DNA of 54,526 nt, taken from NCBI RefSeq assembly GCF_002105155.1, contig NW_019029023.1, forward strand, positions 310,001 to 364,526, given 5' to 3'. Origin of the DNA: Lobosporangium transversale. Taxonomy: Eukaryota. Positions 26,825 to 39,378 of this stretch are shown one piece after another. Within the stretch, counting starts at the first letter, position 1, and each line of letters opens with the position of its first letter. The notes beneath the pieces were generated by a model. That model was given only the letters and a program-made list of their open reading frames with translations, was not told the origin of the DNA and did no database searches. Position numbers and translations under genes: made by a program.

Positions 26825-27960
26825 AAAAGTAACACTTGATTAAATAGATAAATACAATAAAATAGTAAAATAGGGGTGGAGGGAGTGTTTCTGTTTCAGT
26901 CAAGAGAAATGAATGAAGAGAATGAATGAGAGAGAAGGAGAGGAGAATGTGTGGAATGTAGATGCGAGTGATCAGAATGAAGTCTGAATTGTTTTCGAAA
27001 GGGGAGGAAGAAAATAAAATTCTTGAGAAAATGAGAAAGCGGATGGTTCGATGGATCTTATATATTGGTTCCCCCTGGAAGGGTAAAGATTTGCGAATTG
27101 GAGTATTTGGACCTAGTGGAGGGACCAATTGCATAGTGTAACATGTGTAGAATAGAAATGAGGGTGGATCAACGTAACTCCGACGCACAAGACAATAAAG
27201 GAATAAGGGCTACATGTATAACCGGTATAAACTAGACATGGATATGGCTGTAGAACCAAGCTCTTAAGCCAATAAGCTATAAGCTGTGCTATTCTCTTTG
27301 TTTTGTTTATTCTCATTTGTAAGGGTAAGGGAGGAGATGGGGACACTGTATAATAATTAGAGTTGATCCATGGATGGACTGTTGCATGGATCGAGGGGAT
27401 CGGTTCTTTATTTAGACCCGTTCCATGTCATGGCCGTAATAGGTATGCGCTACGAATTTAGTCGCGACTTGGATATCTCGAATCTAGTGTAACAGCCAAT
27501 TAGATTGCCCCATTTCAGCCACACACTTGTCACTTAAAAAAAGTCCAAATGTTTAAGCTAAAAAAAAAAAAAAAAAAAGGTTATGGGATCATTACGAACA
27601 TGATGATCATCAATGGCCATTGATGATGGATATCAAGAGTCGTATGTCATCATTTCTATAAAAAAAAAGCCACTAAATAAGACCATTGCTTTTTTTTTTT
27701 TCTTTTTTTTTCCTTTGATCAAAATACTCTATCTTTGCTTATTTTTGAGACCATACTTAAAAGGTAACGATTTTTACTTTTCAAAGAATCAAGCGCTCCG
27801 CTCTTTTGATGGAAGTTAAAAGCTTATTAACAAACTAGAAGTATGCATCTTCGTGTTTTTTTCGAAGTATGTCAGATGGAAAAAATAACGATCCTTTATT
27901 GGAGGGAATTTTTATGGGAAATAAGGATCCTTAATTTGTCGTAAATGACGCCTATTCATT

Positions 27961-28875
27961 AGAGAGTTTTCGCAACCAAGTTTACATCAAGGATTTACAT
28001 CAGCTGAGAATGAACTTGAAAGAGTTTGATGTGTTTCTGAAAAATGACCATTTTTATTTTCGCCATTGGTAATATACAGAACGACTTTTCCATGTTCTTC
28101 TTAACGCTGTGACTGATTTTAAAATAAATACTTCGAATTAAAAAAAAAAAATATATTACCATGTAAAGCGTCCACATTGCACCCGTTCTCTTAAACCTCG
28201 TCAACGCTCAACAGCTTCTCGATGGAAGGGATATAAATGATGATGGTGCTGCTAACTTCCAGGTACCTCGACTCCAAAATAATCGTATCGATTTGGAAGC
28301 ACTTTCTGACGCAGATTTCCGTACGATGTTCAGATTTACCGATAAAGGTGATTCAGAGTCTGATCCTGCTTCTTCAACATCATCCACAGGATCCGTCTGG
28401 GATATATCCTCAATCGACAATCTCTGAAAGGAAGGTAAGTTATGCGTCTCATTTTGTTCTGGGGGAGTATTCATTAGAGAAGAATGCTTTCTGTTGTGTG
28501 CCAGAGTTTTTTCGGTGAAAGGAATAGCAGGAGGTAAAGGCTCGTAGACACTACGGCTTTAAATGACTCTAGGCTAGAGCATTGATGACTAATAGAATAG
28601 AGATTTCTAATGTTGATAACCTCTATAGTCTAAAAAGTCGCGTCTTTTATGGTAAAAAATGATAAAAATATAGAATTGGCAATTTTTTATATTTTTTTTG
28701 GCTAAATTTAAGCAATTCTGGCTAGACGTAGAAATACGAGAAAAACGAATCTTGTTGTATTTTACAAAGCAAATTTATGACAAGGCTGGATTTCAAAAAT
28801 AGAGATGCTTTTTAAGGTTTTTTTTCACTCCCCGATGTGAATTTTGATGTAAAAACGAGGTTGCGAAAACTCTCT
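27961..28875 (+). mobile_element. Non-autonomous PIF/Harbinger-like (PHIS) DNA transposon
   Basis: TIRs AGAGAGTTTTCGCAACC / GGTTGCGAAAACTCTCT with imperfect subterminal (TT)TACATCA extension. ATT lies on both flanks (27958-27960, 28876-28878). Internal frame IDLEALSDADFRTMFRFT resembles a Harbinger-type transposase N-terminus. Confidence 0.7.
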
Positions 28876-28888
28876 ATTTACCTAAATA

Positions 28889-29924
28889 TACTATCATGCA
28901 TTTCTTTTTTTCATTCCTAGAAACCGTATATGCATACAACACTCTTACTTTGGTTTAATAAAGCTCCCGTCTTCTTCTACGTCGTAGTTATGCGTTGTGA
29001 CATTAGCTTGTCTCATTTGGAAAGCTAATGACTTTTTTGTCCATTCAGGTCATTGAATCAGTTTCACATGTGAATCGAAAATAAACCGAATCTGCTCTGA
29101 TGGCGTGCAGTGGATCTGGGACGACACTCCGGGACGCCTCACTCGCAGGTCGGTGCAAGGCACTGTCAAGTTTGGGAGTGGTAACGTTAAAGTGTGGTCA
29201 TGCTTCTCATGGTACGGACCTGGATACATTGCAAAGATTGACAATAATATGGACGCACAACTTTACATCAAACTACTCCAGGAGGATCTACAGATGTCGC
29301 TTGATGACTGGGGCCTAACTAAAAGCGATATCGTTTTTCAGCACGACAATGACTCGAAGCACACGGCGAAGATTGTTAGGAAGTATTTGGAGTCAGTACA
29401 TCTGACAGAAGAGGAAGGTACACTTCTAGAGTGGCCAGCACAATCCCCTTACCTCAACCCTATTGAACACATGTGGGCAGAATTGGATAGGCGGCTCTCT
29501 AGGTATCCGGAGCGAGCTAAGAGCTGTGATGAACTATGGGAGCGAATATCGGTTGAATGGTACAGGATCCCAGTGGACTTCTGCCGCAAACTCATCATAG
29601 GTATCCATAAGAGACTCCAAGCTGTCAGTTATGCCCATGGTTGGAATACTACTTATTGATGTAAGGTTATGGCTCACAAAAGAATAAAGATCTTTGGCCA
29701 CCGAATGGGCACATGTGAAACTGATTCAATGACCTGAATGGACAAAAAAGTCATTAGCTTTCCAAATGAGACAAGCTAATGTCACAACGCATAACTACGA
29801 CGTAGAAGAAGACGGGAGCTTTATTAAACCAAAGTAAGAGTGTTGTATGCATATACGGTTTCTAGGAATGAAAAAAAGAAATGCACATGGGAATGAATTA
29901 TTGAATCAGGTTTGCATGATAGTG
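28889..29924 (+). mobile_element. Internally deleted Tc1-like transposon, copy 1 (TIRs 28889-29072 and 29710-29924)
   Basis: Long perfect inverted repeats with TA on both flanks. DDE-domain ORF 29105-29659 (VKFGSGNVKVWSCF, FQHDNDSKH, WPAQSPYLNPIEHMW). Confidence 0.92.
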
Positions 29925-30474
29925 TATAACAAATATGATCTCATTAATCACAGGTTGCTTGCCATCCCGTGCACACACCATGGGGCTAAAACGACATTTA
30001 TGTCTTTAGAGTGGAGCTGTCATCCTAGCTCCCGGTAAACGTTTTGGCGCCCTGGATGATGATAATTGATAGGTCTTTCGCAAGTGGCAAGCATCCAGAT
30101 GACAAACATATGAGAAAGGATAATTTCCTATGCCAGCTGTCCTGGTGATAATAATATGGTTTTGGGTCTCATCATCAGACTCTCACTGGGTTCTCCACAG
30201 GATTCTTCATCTCTATCCGTTTTACAAAACTCTTTGATAATAGTATCACAAAATCCTGCACACAAGATCGCATGATGATCACAGGAAGCTTATAAAGTTC
30301 TATATGCCCAGTAGAAGGAGGACGGATTAAACCGCTCTATCTATTCGTCTAAAAGGTAAGTGGATGATGATGGCTTCATTCATAAAGAATGAGCCATTGT
30401 AAAAATTCTCAAGGAACGGGTATAATGCTTTTTTTAAAAAAGACAAAATTTCATCCACTTGATTGGTATTCGAT

Positions 30475-32994
30475 TTAATTCTTCAGATTCGTACCGGCTG
30501 CTCCTCCTGAATATGCAGCTTCGATGTCGATTTTTATGACACGCTGTCTTACATGTTTTAAGCATACATATGGATTCTTGACGACCGTATCTTTGGTGGT
30601 AAGAAAGTTCTGAACTTTAAAATCGCCATATACGTCTCCTGGCACCACAAATAGAGGAAAATGGTATCATCACTTCCCTTCGACTCTGATCGGTCTCCCT
30701 TCGACTCTGATCGGTCTCCCTTCGACTCTGATCGGTCTCCTTCGATCGTCTCCCTTCGACTCTGATCGGTCTCCCTTCAACTTTGATTGGTCTCCCTTCA
30801 AGCAGGGTCCAGTAATACATTCAATTATCTCCTTGAATGGTGCTTGCTTGATCGGATGCTTCTCTGATACTGTGACCTGAAATAGCTTGTTGGGTCCCAA
30901 TGCAAAATCAATGCACGGAAATTTAGAATGTTCTGGTACAAACAACTTGCCAGCTGCTTGAGTGAGCCCTAATAATTCATCTGAAGTCCGGATATGCACC
31001 ACTTCTGGGTTTGCTGGAAAATCAAGAAATCCTGTTTCGCCTGACTGGAGATCCCTAAAGGGAAATCTAATATCACCACATCGAAATAAGTGATGAGCAT
31101 AGACTTCAAACAGTGGGCCTTTAGCTATATCCTCTTCGCTTTTGACAAGTTTCGCCAACACATCGAGCCAAGTGTCATCTTTTATTTTGTCGACAACCCT
31201 TAATTCAACCCAACGAGATGCCCACACCAGATGGAAGTTGAGGTGGTCAGAAGTGGGGACTCTATGGAGTAAACGACCACTAAATTCACTCGCTTCTTTT
31301 CCTCGTGCAAAGAGCGCTACAAGATCTGCTGGGTTCCGGAGTTTTTCAATGGCAGTTTCGACGCGGCTAAACGCAGAGTCTCTAGCACCCTTAATATCTC
31401 CTTGATTCTTGAATAGTTCTTTGGCTGGAGCCTGTAGGACCTGTCTTGGCACTCCCCCCAACTTGTAAAAAAGCTCCTCCAAAAATTCTTCATCCACTGG
31501 ATGAAAAAACTTTACATTGGCTCTACATTCCTTAAGCTCGTCCAAACTCCAGAGTGACATGTGATAGTAGCTACTGCGTGAATTTTCCTTGGTGAATTCA
31601 TCGTACTGCCCATAGAGAGTTTTTGGTGATGCCGCAAATATCGTCCTGGCTTGATCTGGTTGAGGATGGTTACCACTGTCAACTAAATACCACGTTTCAG
31701 GTTGCTCAAGAAAATGTTTGAAATCTACTCTCTCTCCATAACGTTGGCAAGTTGTTCCTCCGTAGGCATAACATTCGGTATTCTTCTTTTCATGGAAAAC
31801 AATAATCGGTGGATTCTCCTCGTCATGCTCTGCAAGGAGGCGGATGGCAAAATAGACCAAAAAGGCTGACTTCCCAATTCCAGGCGTTCCAGTGACAAAG
31901 AGTCGGTTCAAACTAGCTCCATGAGGGGTACTGAATGTAGATGTAATATGGTCATAAAGCTTTTTATATTCATCTCTGATATAAAGATGCCTTGTTCCGG
32001 CAACAGGGAAGATACAACCCTCAGGAGCAGTCAATAGTTTGGAATCCTTGATACCACCAGAATTTCGGAGCTCGCAAGCCACGCTAACAATGCTGTAGTA
32101 AATACTATCTCCTGATAACTCCTCCCCCATGTACGAAAGCACCTTGACCCTCTCTTTCGAGTTTAGAGGCGAGATTACAGGCCTATCATTCACTATCCCT
32201 TTCGTTACAAGCCCTGCTTCTGTAATCGCATCCCTAAGAGCACTTCTACTACTTATACTTGGACGAGCTTTTTTAGAGGGTGACTCTGATAAAGGAGATA
32301 GAGTGATCAAAGTTAATATTCTTGATTTATTGCACATCACTCTAAAATGATCAATAACCAGGTTCTCGGCCAAAAGCACTCACCAGAATCTCCATCTTGT
32401 TTTCTTTTCTGAGCTAAGTATCAAAAGCGAATAATGAGAAAGAACGTTGAGTTATCAAGACACAAACCAAATGGTGATATTATGCACATGGCCGTTTAAG
32501 ATATAAACCAAGCTTCATCAGCTGGAAATATCAACAATCAGTCCATCAAGAGCCAAAGATATACCTCGCTGTGGTGGCTTGACAAAAACATGGATAGTTT
32601 CCTCTGGAAGTTCGGAAATAAATATGTCCCCAAGCTTCCTTGACGCGACTGTAAGAGCCTCTTTTGACTCGATTTCTGACTCAACGACGATCTTGCCTTT
32701 GTCAGGGATGGAGACCTTGTAGAGGATAAGCTGGTCAGCGTCAATATCCTTAAATGCATTGGCTTTCTTTGCTTTAATGGCCTCCTTGAATTCACCGACC
32801 GATTTATCGCAGAAAATCTCTACTGGGAACGACGTTGCTTCTCCCTCGACAACGCAGTTCAGCAGCAGCAGTGGGATGGCGCGCTTTTTTCGTTGTGGGT
32901 GCTGGTTTACTCTTTTTCGTTTATTGAGTGTGGAGGCATCCTCAGGCTTATTTGCAGTCATTTTTTTTTGTGCTTGGCTCCTTGTGGTGGCCAT
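30475..32994 (-). CDS. CRN array gene copy 1 (exons 32994-32565, 32413-32384, 32285-30475); frameshifts near the 3' VNTR
   Basis: Ubl header LNCVVEGE..FPVEI..LYKV..TIHVFVKPP, Walker A GTPGIGKS, WYLVD, nuclease FPCIDF....LFQVTV..HPI. Indels at about 30650-30750 may be sequencing errors. Confidence 0.85.
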
Positions 32995-33478
32995 TGAAAA
33001 TTAAGATGAGTGGGACTGAGTGTGGTTGAAATGCAGGGAGAATGATGGTTAAATAGGCAAAGGTATATTCTATACTCTTTCACACTCGTGGTCGCTGTAT
33101 GAAAACAAAAATGAAAAATGTGTAAGGCAAAAAAAAGGAAAGGAAAGGAAAGGAAAGGAAAGGAAAGGAATGGCAATAGATGAAGGCTTGGAATAAATAA
33201 AAGAGCAAAATTGATGGGAGCAAAACTGGGGTGAAATATGAAAAAAGTGATAAAGGAGGAGGGAGAGAGTGCAAAAATGAAGTGAAGCAAAGGAAAGAAA
33301 GGAAAGAAAGGAGCGACAATTGCAATTGATCCTTTATTTTAAGGTTAGGCGATGTGTGAGAAAATATTTTTTTCAAATCAGCCACGTGCCATTTTCTGGG
33401 TCATTGTGACGTGACAATCTTTAGTGCGCAAAGAACTCATTTCTCATTTTCCATGTCCCTCAGATAAACGTTTGTTCA

Positions 33479-34170
33479 CGTTCTCTTAAACCTCGTCAAC
33501 GCTCAACAGCTTCTCGATGGAAGGGATATAAATGATGATGGTGCTGCTAACTTCCAGGTACCTCGACTCCAAAATAATCGTATCGATTTGGAAGCACTTT
33601 CTGACGCAGATTTCCGTACGATGTTCAGATTTACCGATAAAGGTGATTCAGAGTCTGATCCTGCTTCTTCAACATCATCCACAGGATCCGTCTGGGATAT
33701 ATCCTCAATCGACAATCTCTGAAAGGAAGGTAAGTTATGCGTCTCATTTTGTTCTGGGGGAGTATTCATTAGAGAAGAATGCTTTCTGTTGTGTGCCAGA
33801 GTTTTTTCGGTGAAAGGAATAGCAGGAGGTAAAGGCTCGTAGACACTACGGCTTTAAATGACTCTAGGCTAGAGCATTGATGACTAATAGAATAGAGATT
33901 TCTAATGTTGATAACCTCTATAGTCTAAAAAGTCGCGTCTTTTATGGTAAAAAATGATAAAAATATAGAATTGGCAATTTTTTATATTTTTTTTGGCTAA
34001 ATTTAAGCAATTCTGGCTAGACGTAGAAATACGAGAAAAACGAATCTTGTTGTATTTTACAAAGCAAATTTATGACAAGGCTGGATTTCAAAAATAGAGA
34101 TGCTTTTTAAGGTTTTTTTTCACTCCCCGATGTGAATTTTGATGTAAAAACGAGGTTGCGAAAACTCTCT
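33479..34170 (+). mobile_element. Right arm of the Harbinger-like element, unit 2 (also at 38674-39365, 44030-44716 and 49361-50054)
   Basis: Matches 28184-28875, including the right TIR and the ATT flank. The left TIR is absent. Confidence 0.7.
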
Positions 34171-34183
34171 ATTTACCTAAATA

Positions 34184-35219
34184 TACTATCATGCATTTCT
34201 TTTTTTCATTCCTAGAAACCGTATATGCATACAACACTCTTACTTTGGTTTAATAAAGCTCCCGTCTTCTTCTACGTCGTAGTTATGCGTTGTGACATTA
34301 GCTTGTCTCATTTGGAAAGCTAATGACTTTTTTGTCCATTCAGGTCATTGAATCAGTTTCACATGTGAATCGAAAATAAACCGAATCTGCTCTGATGGCG
34401 TGCAGTGGATCTGGGACGACACTCCGGGACGCCTCACTCGCAGGTCGGTGCAAGGCACTGTCAAGTTTGGGAGTGGTAACGTTAAAGTGTGGTCATGCTT
34501 CTCATGGTACGGACCTGGATACATTGCAAAGATTGACAATAATATGGACGCACAACTTTACATCAAACTACTCCAGGAGGATCTACAGATGTCGCTTGAT
34601 GACTGGGGCCTAACTAAAAGCGATATCGTTTTTCAGCACGACAATGACTCGAAGCACACGGCGAAGATTGTTAGGAAGTATTTGGAGTCAGTACATCTGA
34701 CAGAAGAGGAAGGTACACTTCTAGAGTGGCCAGCACAATCCCCTTACCTCAACCCTATTGAACACATGTGGGCAGAATTGGATAGGCGGCTCTCTAGGTA
34801 TCCGGAGCGAGCTAAGAGCTGTGATGAACTATGGGAGCGAATATCGGTTGAATGGTACAGGATCCCAGTGGACTTCTGCCGCAAACTCATCATAGGTATC
34901 CATAAGAGACTCCAAGCTGTCAGTTATGCCCATGGTTGGAATACTACTTATTGATGTAAGGTTATGGCTCACAAAAGAATAAAGATCTTTGGCCACCGAA
35001 TGGGCACATGTGAAACTGATTCAATGACCTGAATGGACAAAAAAGTCATTAGCTTTCCAAATGAGACAAGCTAATGTCACAACGCATAACTACGACGTAG
35101 AAGAAGACGGGAGCTTTATTAAACCAAAGTAAGAGTGTTGTATGCATATACGGTTTCTAGGAATGAAAAAAAGAAATGCACATGGGAATGAATTATTGAA
35201 TCAGGTTTGCATGATAGTG
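34184..35219 (+). mobile_element. Deleted Tc1-like transposon, copy 2
   Basis: Same TIRs and the same 184-aa DDE ORF (34400-34954). Confidence 0.92.
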
Positions 35220-35774
35220 TATAACAAATATGATCTCATTAATCACAGGTTGCTTGCCATCCCGTGCACACACCATGGGGCTAAAACGACATTTATGTCT
35301 TTAGAGTGGAGCTGTCATCCTAGCTCCCGGTAAACGTTTTGGCGCCCTGGATGATGATAATTGATAGGTCTTTCGCAAGTGGCAAGCATCCAGATGACAA
35401 ACATATGAGAAAGGATAATTTCCTATGCCAGCTGTCCTGGTGATAATAATATGGTTTTGGGTCTCATCATCAGACTCTCACTGGGTTCTCCACAGGATTC
35501 TTCATCTCTATCCGTTTTTACAAAACTCTTTGATAATAGTATCACAAAATCCTGCACACAAGATCGCATGATGATCACAGGAAGCTTTATAAAGTTCTAT
35601 ATGCCCCAGTAGAAGGGAGGACGGATTAAACCGCTCTATCTATTCGTCTAAAAGGTAAGTGGATGATGATGGCTTCATTCATAAAGAATGAGCCATTGTA
35701 AAAAATTCTCAAGGAACGGGTATAATGCTTTTTTTAAAAAAGACAAAATTTCATCCACTTGATTGGTATTCGAT

Positions 35775-38189
35775 TTAATTCTTCAGATTCGTACCGGCTG
35801 CTCCTCCTGAATATGCAGCTTCGATGTCGATTTTTATGACACGCTGTCTTACATGTTTTAAGCATACATATGGATTCTTGACGACCGTATCTTTGGTGGT
35901 AAGAAAGTTCTGAACTTTAAAATCGTTATATACGTCTCCTGGCACCACAAAATAGAAGAAAATGGTATCGTCACTTCCATTCGGCTTTGATTGCTCTCCA
36001 GTAATATATTCAATTATCTCCTTGAATGGTGCTTGCTTGATCGGATGTTCCTCTGATACTGTGACCTGAAATAGCTTGTTGGGTCCCAATGCAAAATCAA
36101 TGCACGGAAATTTAGAATGTTCTGGTACAAACAACTTGCCAGCTGCTTGAGTGAGCCCTGATAATTCATCTGAAGTCCGGATAAACACCTCTTCTGGATT
36201 TGCTGGAAAATCAAGAAATCCTGTTTCGCCTGACTGGAGATCCTTAAAGGGAAATCTAATATCACCACGTCGAAATAAGTGATGAGCATAGACTTCAAAT
36301 ACCGGGCCTTTAGCTATATCCTCTCCGCCTTTGACAAGGTTCGCCAACACATCGACCCAAGTGTTATCTTTTAATTTCTCCATAATCTGTGATTCGACCC
36401 AACGAGATGCCCACACCAGGTAGAAGTCGAGATGGTCAGAAGTGGGGACTCTATGGAGTAAACGACCACTAAATGCACTCGCATCTTTTCCTCGTGCAAA
36501 GAGGCTTACAAGATCTGCTGGATTCTGGAGTGATTTAATGGCCTCATTGACGCGGGAAAACGCAGAGTCTCTAGCACTCTCAATATTTTCTTGATTCATG
36601 GATAGTGAATAGGCTGGGGTCTGTAGGACCTGTCTTGGCACTCCCCCCAACTTGTAAAAAAGCTCCTCCAAAAATTCTTCATCCACTAGATGATAATACT
36701 CTACATTGGCTCTACATTCTTTAAGCTCGTCCAAACTCCAGAGTGACATGTGATAGTAGCTAAAGCGTGCAGTTTCCTTGGCGAATTCACCGTACTGCTC
36801 ATTGAGAGTTTTTGGTGATGCCGCAAATATCGTCTTGGCTTGATCTGGTAGAGGTTTCTCACTACTATCAACTAAGTACCACGTTTCAGGCCGAGCAAGG
36901 AAATCTTGGAACGTTTCTATATCCCCTTTACGTCGGCAAGTTGTTCCTCCATAAACATGACATTTGGTACCCTGCTTCTCTTGGAAAATAATAATCGGTG
37001 GATTTTCCTCGTCGTGTTCGGCAAGGAGGCGGATGGCAAAATAGACCAGAAAGGCTGACTTGCCAATTCCAGGTGTTCCAGTGACAAACATTCGGTTCAA
37101 ACCAGTTTTATGAGGGGTACTTAACCTGGATGTAATATGGTCATAAAGCTCTTTATATTCTTTTCTGATATAAAGATGCCTTGTTCTGGCAACAGGGAAG
37201 ATACAACCCTCAGGGGCAGTCAATAGTTTGGAATCCTTGATACCACCAGAATTTCGGAGCTCGCGAGCCACGCTAAAAATACTGTGGTAAGGACCATCTA
37301 CTGGTAGCCCCCCCATGTACGAAAGCACCTTGACCCTCTCTTTCGAGTTGAGAAGCGAGAGGGTAGGGTAACCATTCACTATCCCTTTCGTTGCAAGCCC
37401 TGCTTCTCCAATCGCATCCATAAGATCACCAGAGTGGCCTGTGCTTCCCATGCTTGGACGAGCTTTTTTAGAGGGTGACTCTGATAAAAGAGATAGAGTG
37501 ATCAAAATTAATATTTTTGATTTATTGCACATCACTCTAAAATGATCAATAACCAGGTTCTCAGCCAAAAACACTCACCAGAAACTCCATCTTGTTTTCT
37601 TTTCTGAGCTAAGTATCAAAAGCGAATAATGAGAAAGAACGTTGAGTTATCAAGACACAAGCCAAATGGTGATATTATGCACATGGCCGTTTAAGATATA
37701 AACCAAGCTTCATCAGCTGGAAATATCAACAATCAGTCCATCAAGAGCCAAAGATATACCTCGCTGTGATGGCTTGACAAAAACATGGATAGTTTCCTTT
37801 GGAAGTTCAGAATTGAATATGTCTCCAAGCTCCATTGACGCGATTGTGAGAGCCTCTTTTGACTCGATTTCTGACTCAAAGATGACCTCGCCTTTGTCAG
37901 GGATGGAGACCTTGTAGAGGGTGAGCTGGTCAGCGTCAATATCCTTAAATGCATTGGCTTTCTCTGCTTTGATGGCTTGCTTGAGCATCCCGACCGATTT
38001 ATCGCAGAAAATCTCTACTGGGAACGACGTTGCTTCTCCCTCGACAACGCAGTTCAGCAGCAGCAGTGGGATGGCGCGCTTTTTTCGTTGTGGGTGCTGG
38101 TTTACTCTTTTTCGTTTATTGAGTGTGGAGGCATCCTCAGGCTTATTTGCAGTCATTTTTTTTTGTGCTTGGCTCCTTGTGGTGGCCAT
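35775..38189 (-). CDS. CRN array gene copy 2 (divergent NTPase-nuclease body, no GDRSESK repeat)
   Basis: Intact ORFs 37713-38189 and 35775-37574. Same three-exon structure and motifs as copy 1. Confidence 0.9.
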
Positions 38190-39378
38190 TGAAAATTAAG
38201 ATGAGTGGGACTGAGTGTGGTTGAAATGCAGGGAGAATGATGGTTAAATAGGCAAAGGTATATTCTATACTCTTTCACACTCGTGGTCGCTGTATGAAAA
38301 CAAAAATGAAAAATGTGTAAGGCAAAAAAAAGGAAAGGAAAGGAAAGGAAAGGAAAGGAAAGGAATGGCAATAGATGAAGGCTTGGAATAAATAAAAGAG
38401 CAAAATTGATGGGAGCAAAACTGGGGTGAAATATGAAAAAAGTGATAAAGGAGGAGGGAGAGAGTGCAAAAATGAAGTGAAGCAAAGGAAAGAAAGGAAA
38501 GAAAGGAGCGACAATTGCAATTGATCCTTTATTTTAAGGTTAGGCGATGTGTGAGAAAATATTTTTTTCAAATCAGCCACGTGCCATTTTCTGGGTCATT
38601 GTGACGTGACAATCTTTAGTGCGCAAAGAACTCATTTCTCATTTTCCATGTCCCTCAGATAAACGTTTGTTCACGTTCTCTTAAACCTCGTCAACGCTCA
38701 ACAGCTTCTCGATGGAAGGGATATAAATGATGATGGTGCTGCTAACTTCCAGGTACCTCGACTCCAAAATAATCGTATCGATTTGGAAGCACTTTCTGAC
38801 GCAGATTTCCGTACGATGTTCAGATTTACCGATAAAGGTGATTCAGAGTCTGATCCTGCTTCTTCAACATCATCCACAGGATCCGTCTGGGATATATCCT
38901 CAATCGACAATCTCTGAAAGGAAGGTAAGTTATGCGTCTCATTTTGTTCTGGGGGAGTATTCATTAGAGAAGAATGCTTTCTGTTGTGTGCCAGAGTTTT
39001 TTCGGTGAAAGGAATAGCAGGAGGTAAAGGCTCGTAGACACTACGGCTTTAAATGACTCTAGGCTAGAGCATTGATGACTAATAGAATAGAGATTTCTAA
39101 TGTTGATAACCTCTATAGTCTAAAAAGTCGCGTCTTTTATGGTAAAAAATGATAAAAATATAGAATTGGCAATTTTTTATATTTTTTTTGGCTAAATTTA
39201 AGCAATTCTGGCTAGACGTAGAAATACGAGAAAAACGAATCTTGTTGTATTTTACAAAGCAAATTTATGACAAGGCTGGATTTCAAAAATAGAGATGCTT
39301 TTTAAGGTTTTTTTTCACTCCCCGATGTGAATTTTGATGTAAAAACGAGGTTGCGAAAACTCTCTATTTACCTAAATA

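Noticed and set aside
28208..28518. Repeated 88-aa and 93-aa ORFs as small array genes
   Set aside because: They overlap a third frame with transposase-like sequence inside the TIR element. Their recurrence only reflects the duplication.
29105..29659. 184-aa ORF as an active transposase
   Set aside because: It lacks the DNA-binding domain, the first catalytic Asp and an ATG start.
32565..32800. Diversity-generating retroelement as the cause of header variability
   Set aside because: No RT or template repeat is present, and the changes occur as shared blocks rather than adenine-specific substitutions.
32958..33385. Hydrophobic Phe/Leu-rich ORFs upstream of the CRN genes as signal peptides or membrane proteins
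   Set aside because: They are translations of a pyrimidine-rich (TTTCC)n promoter/UTR tract.
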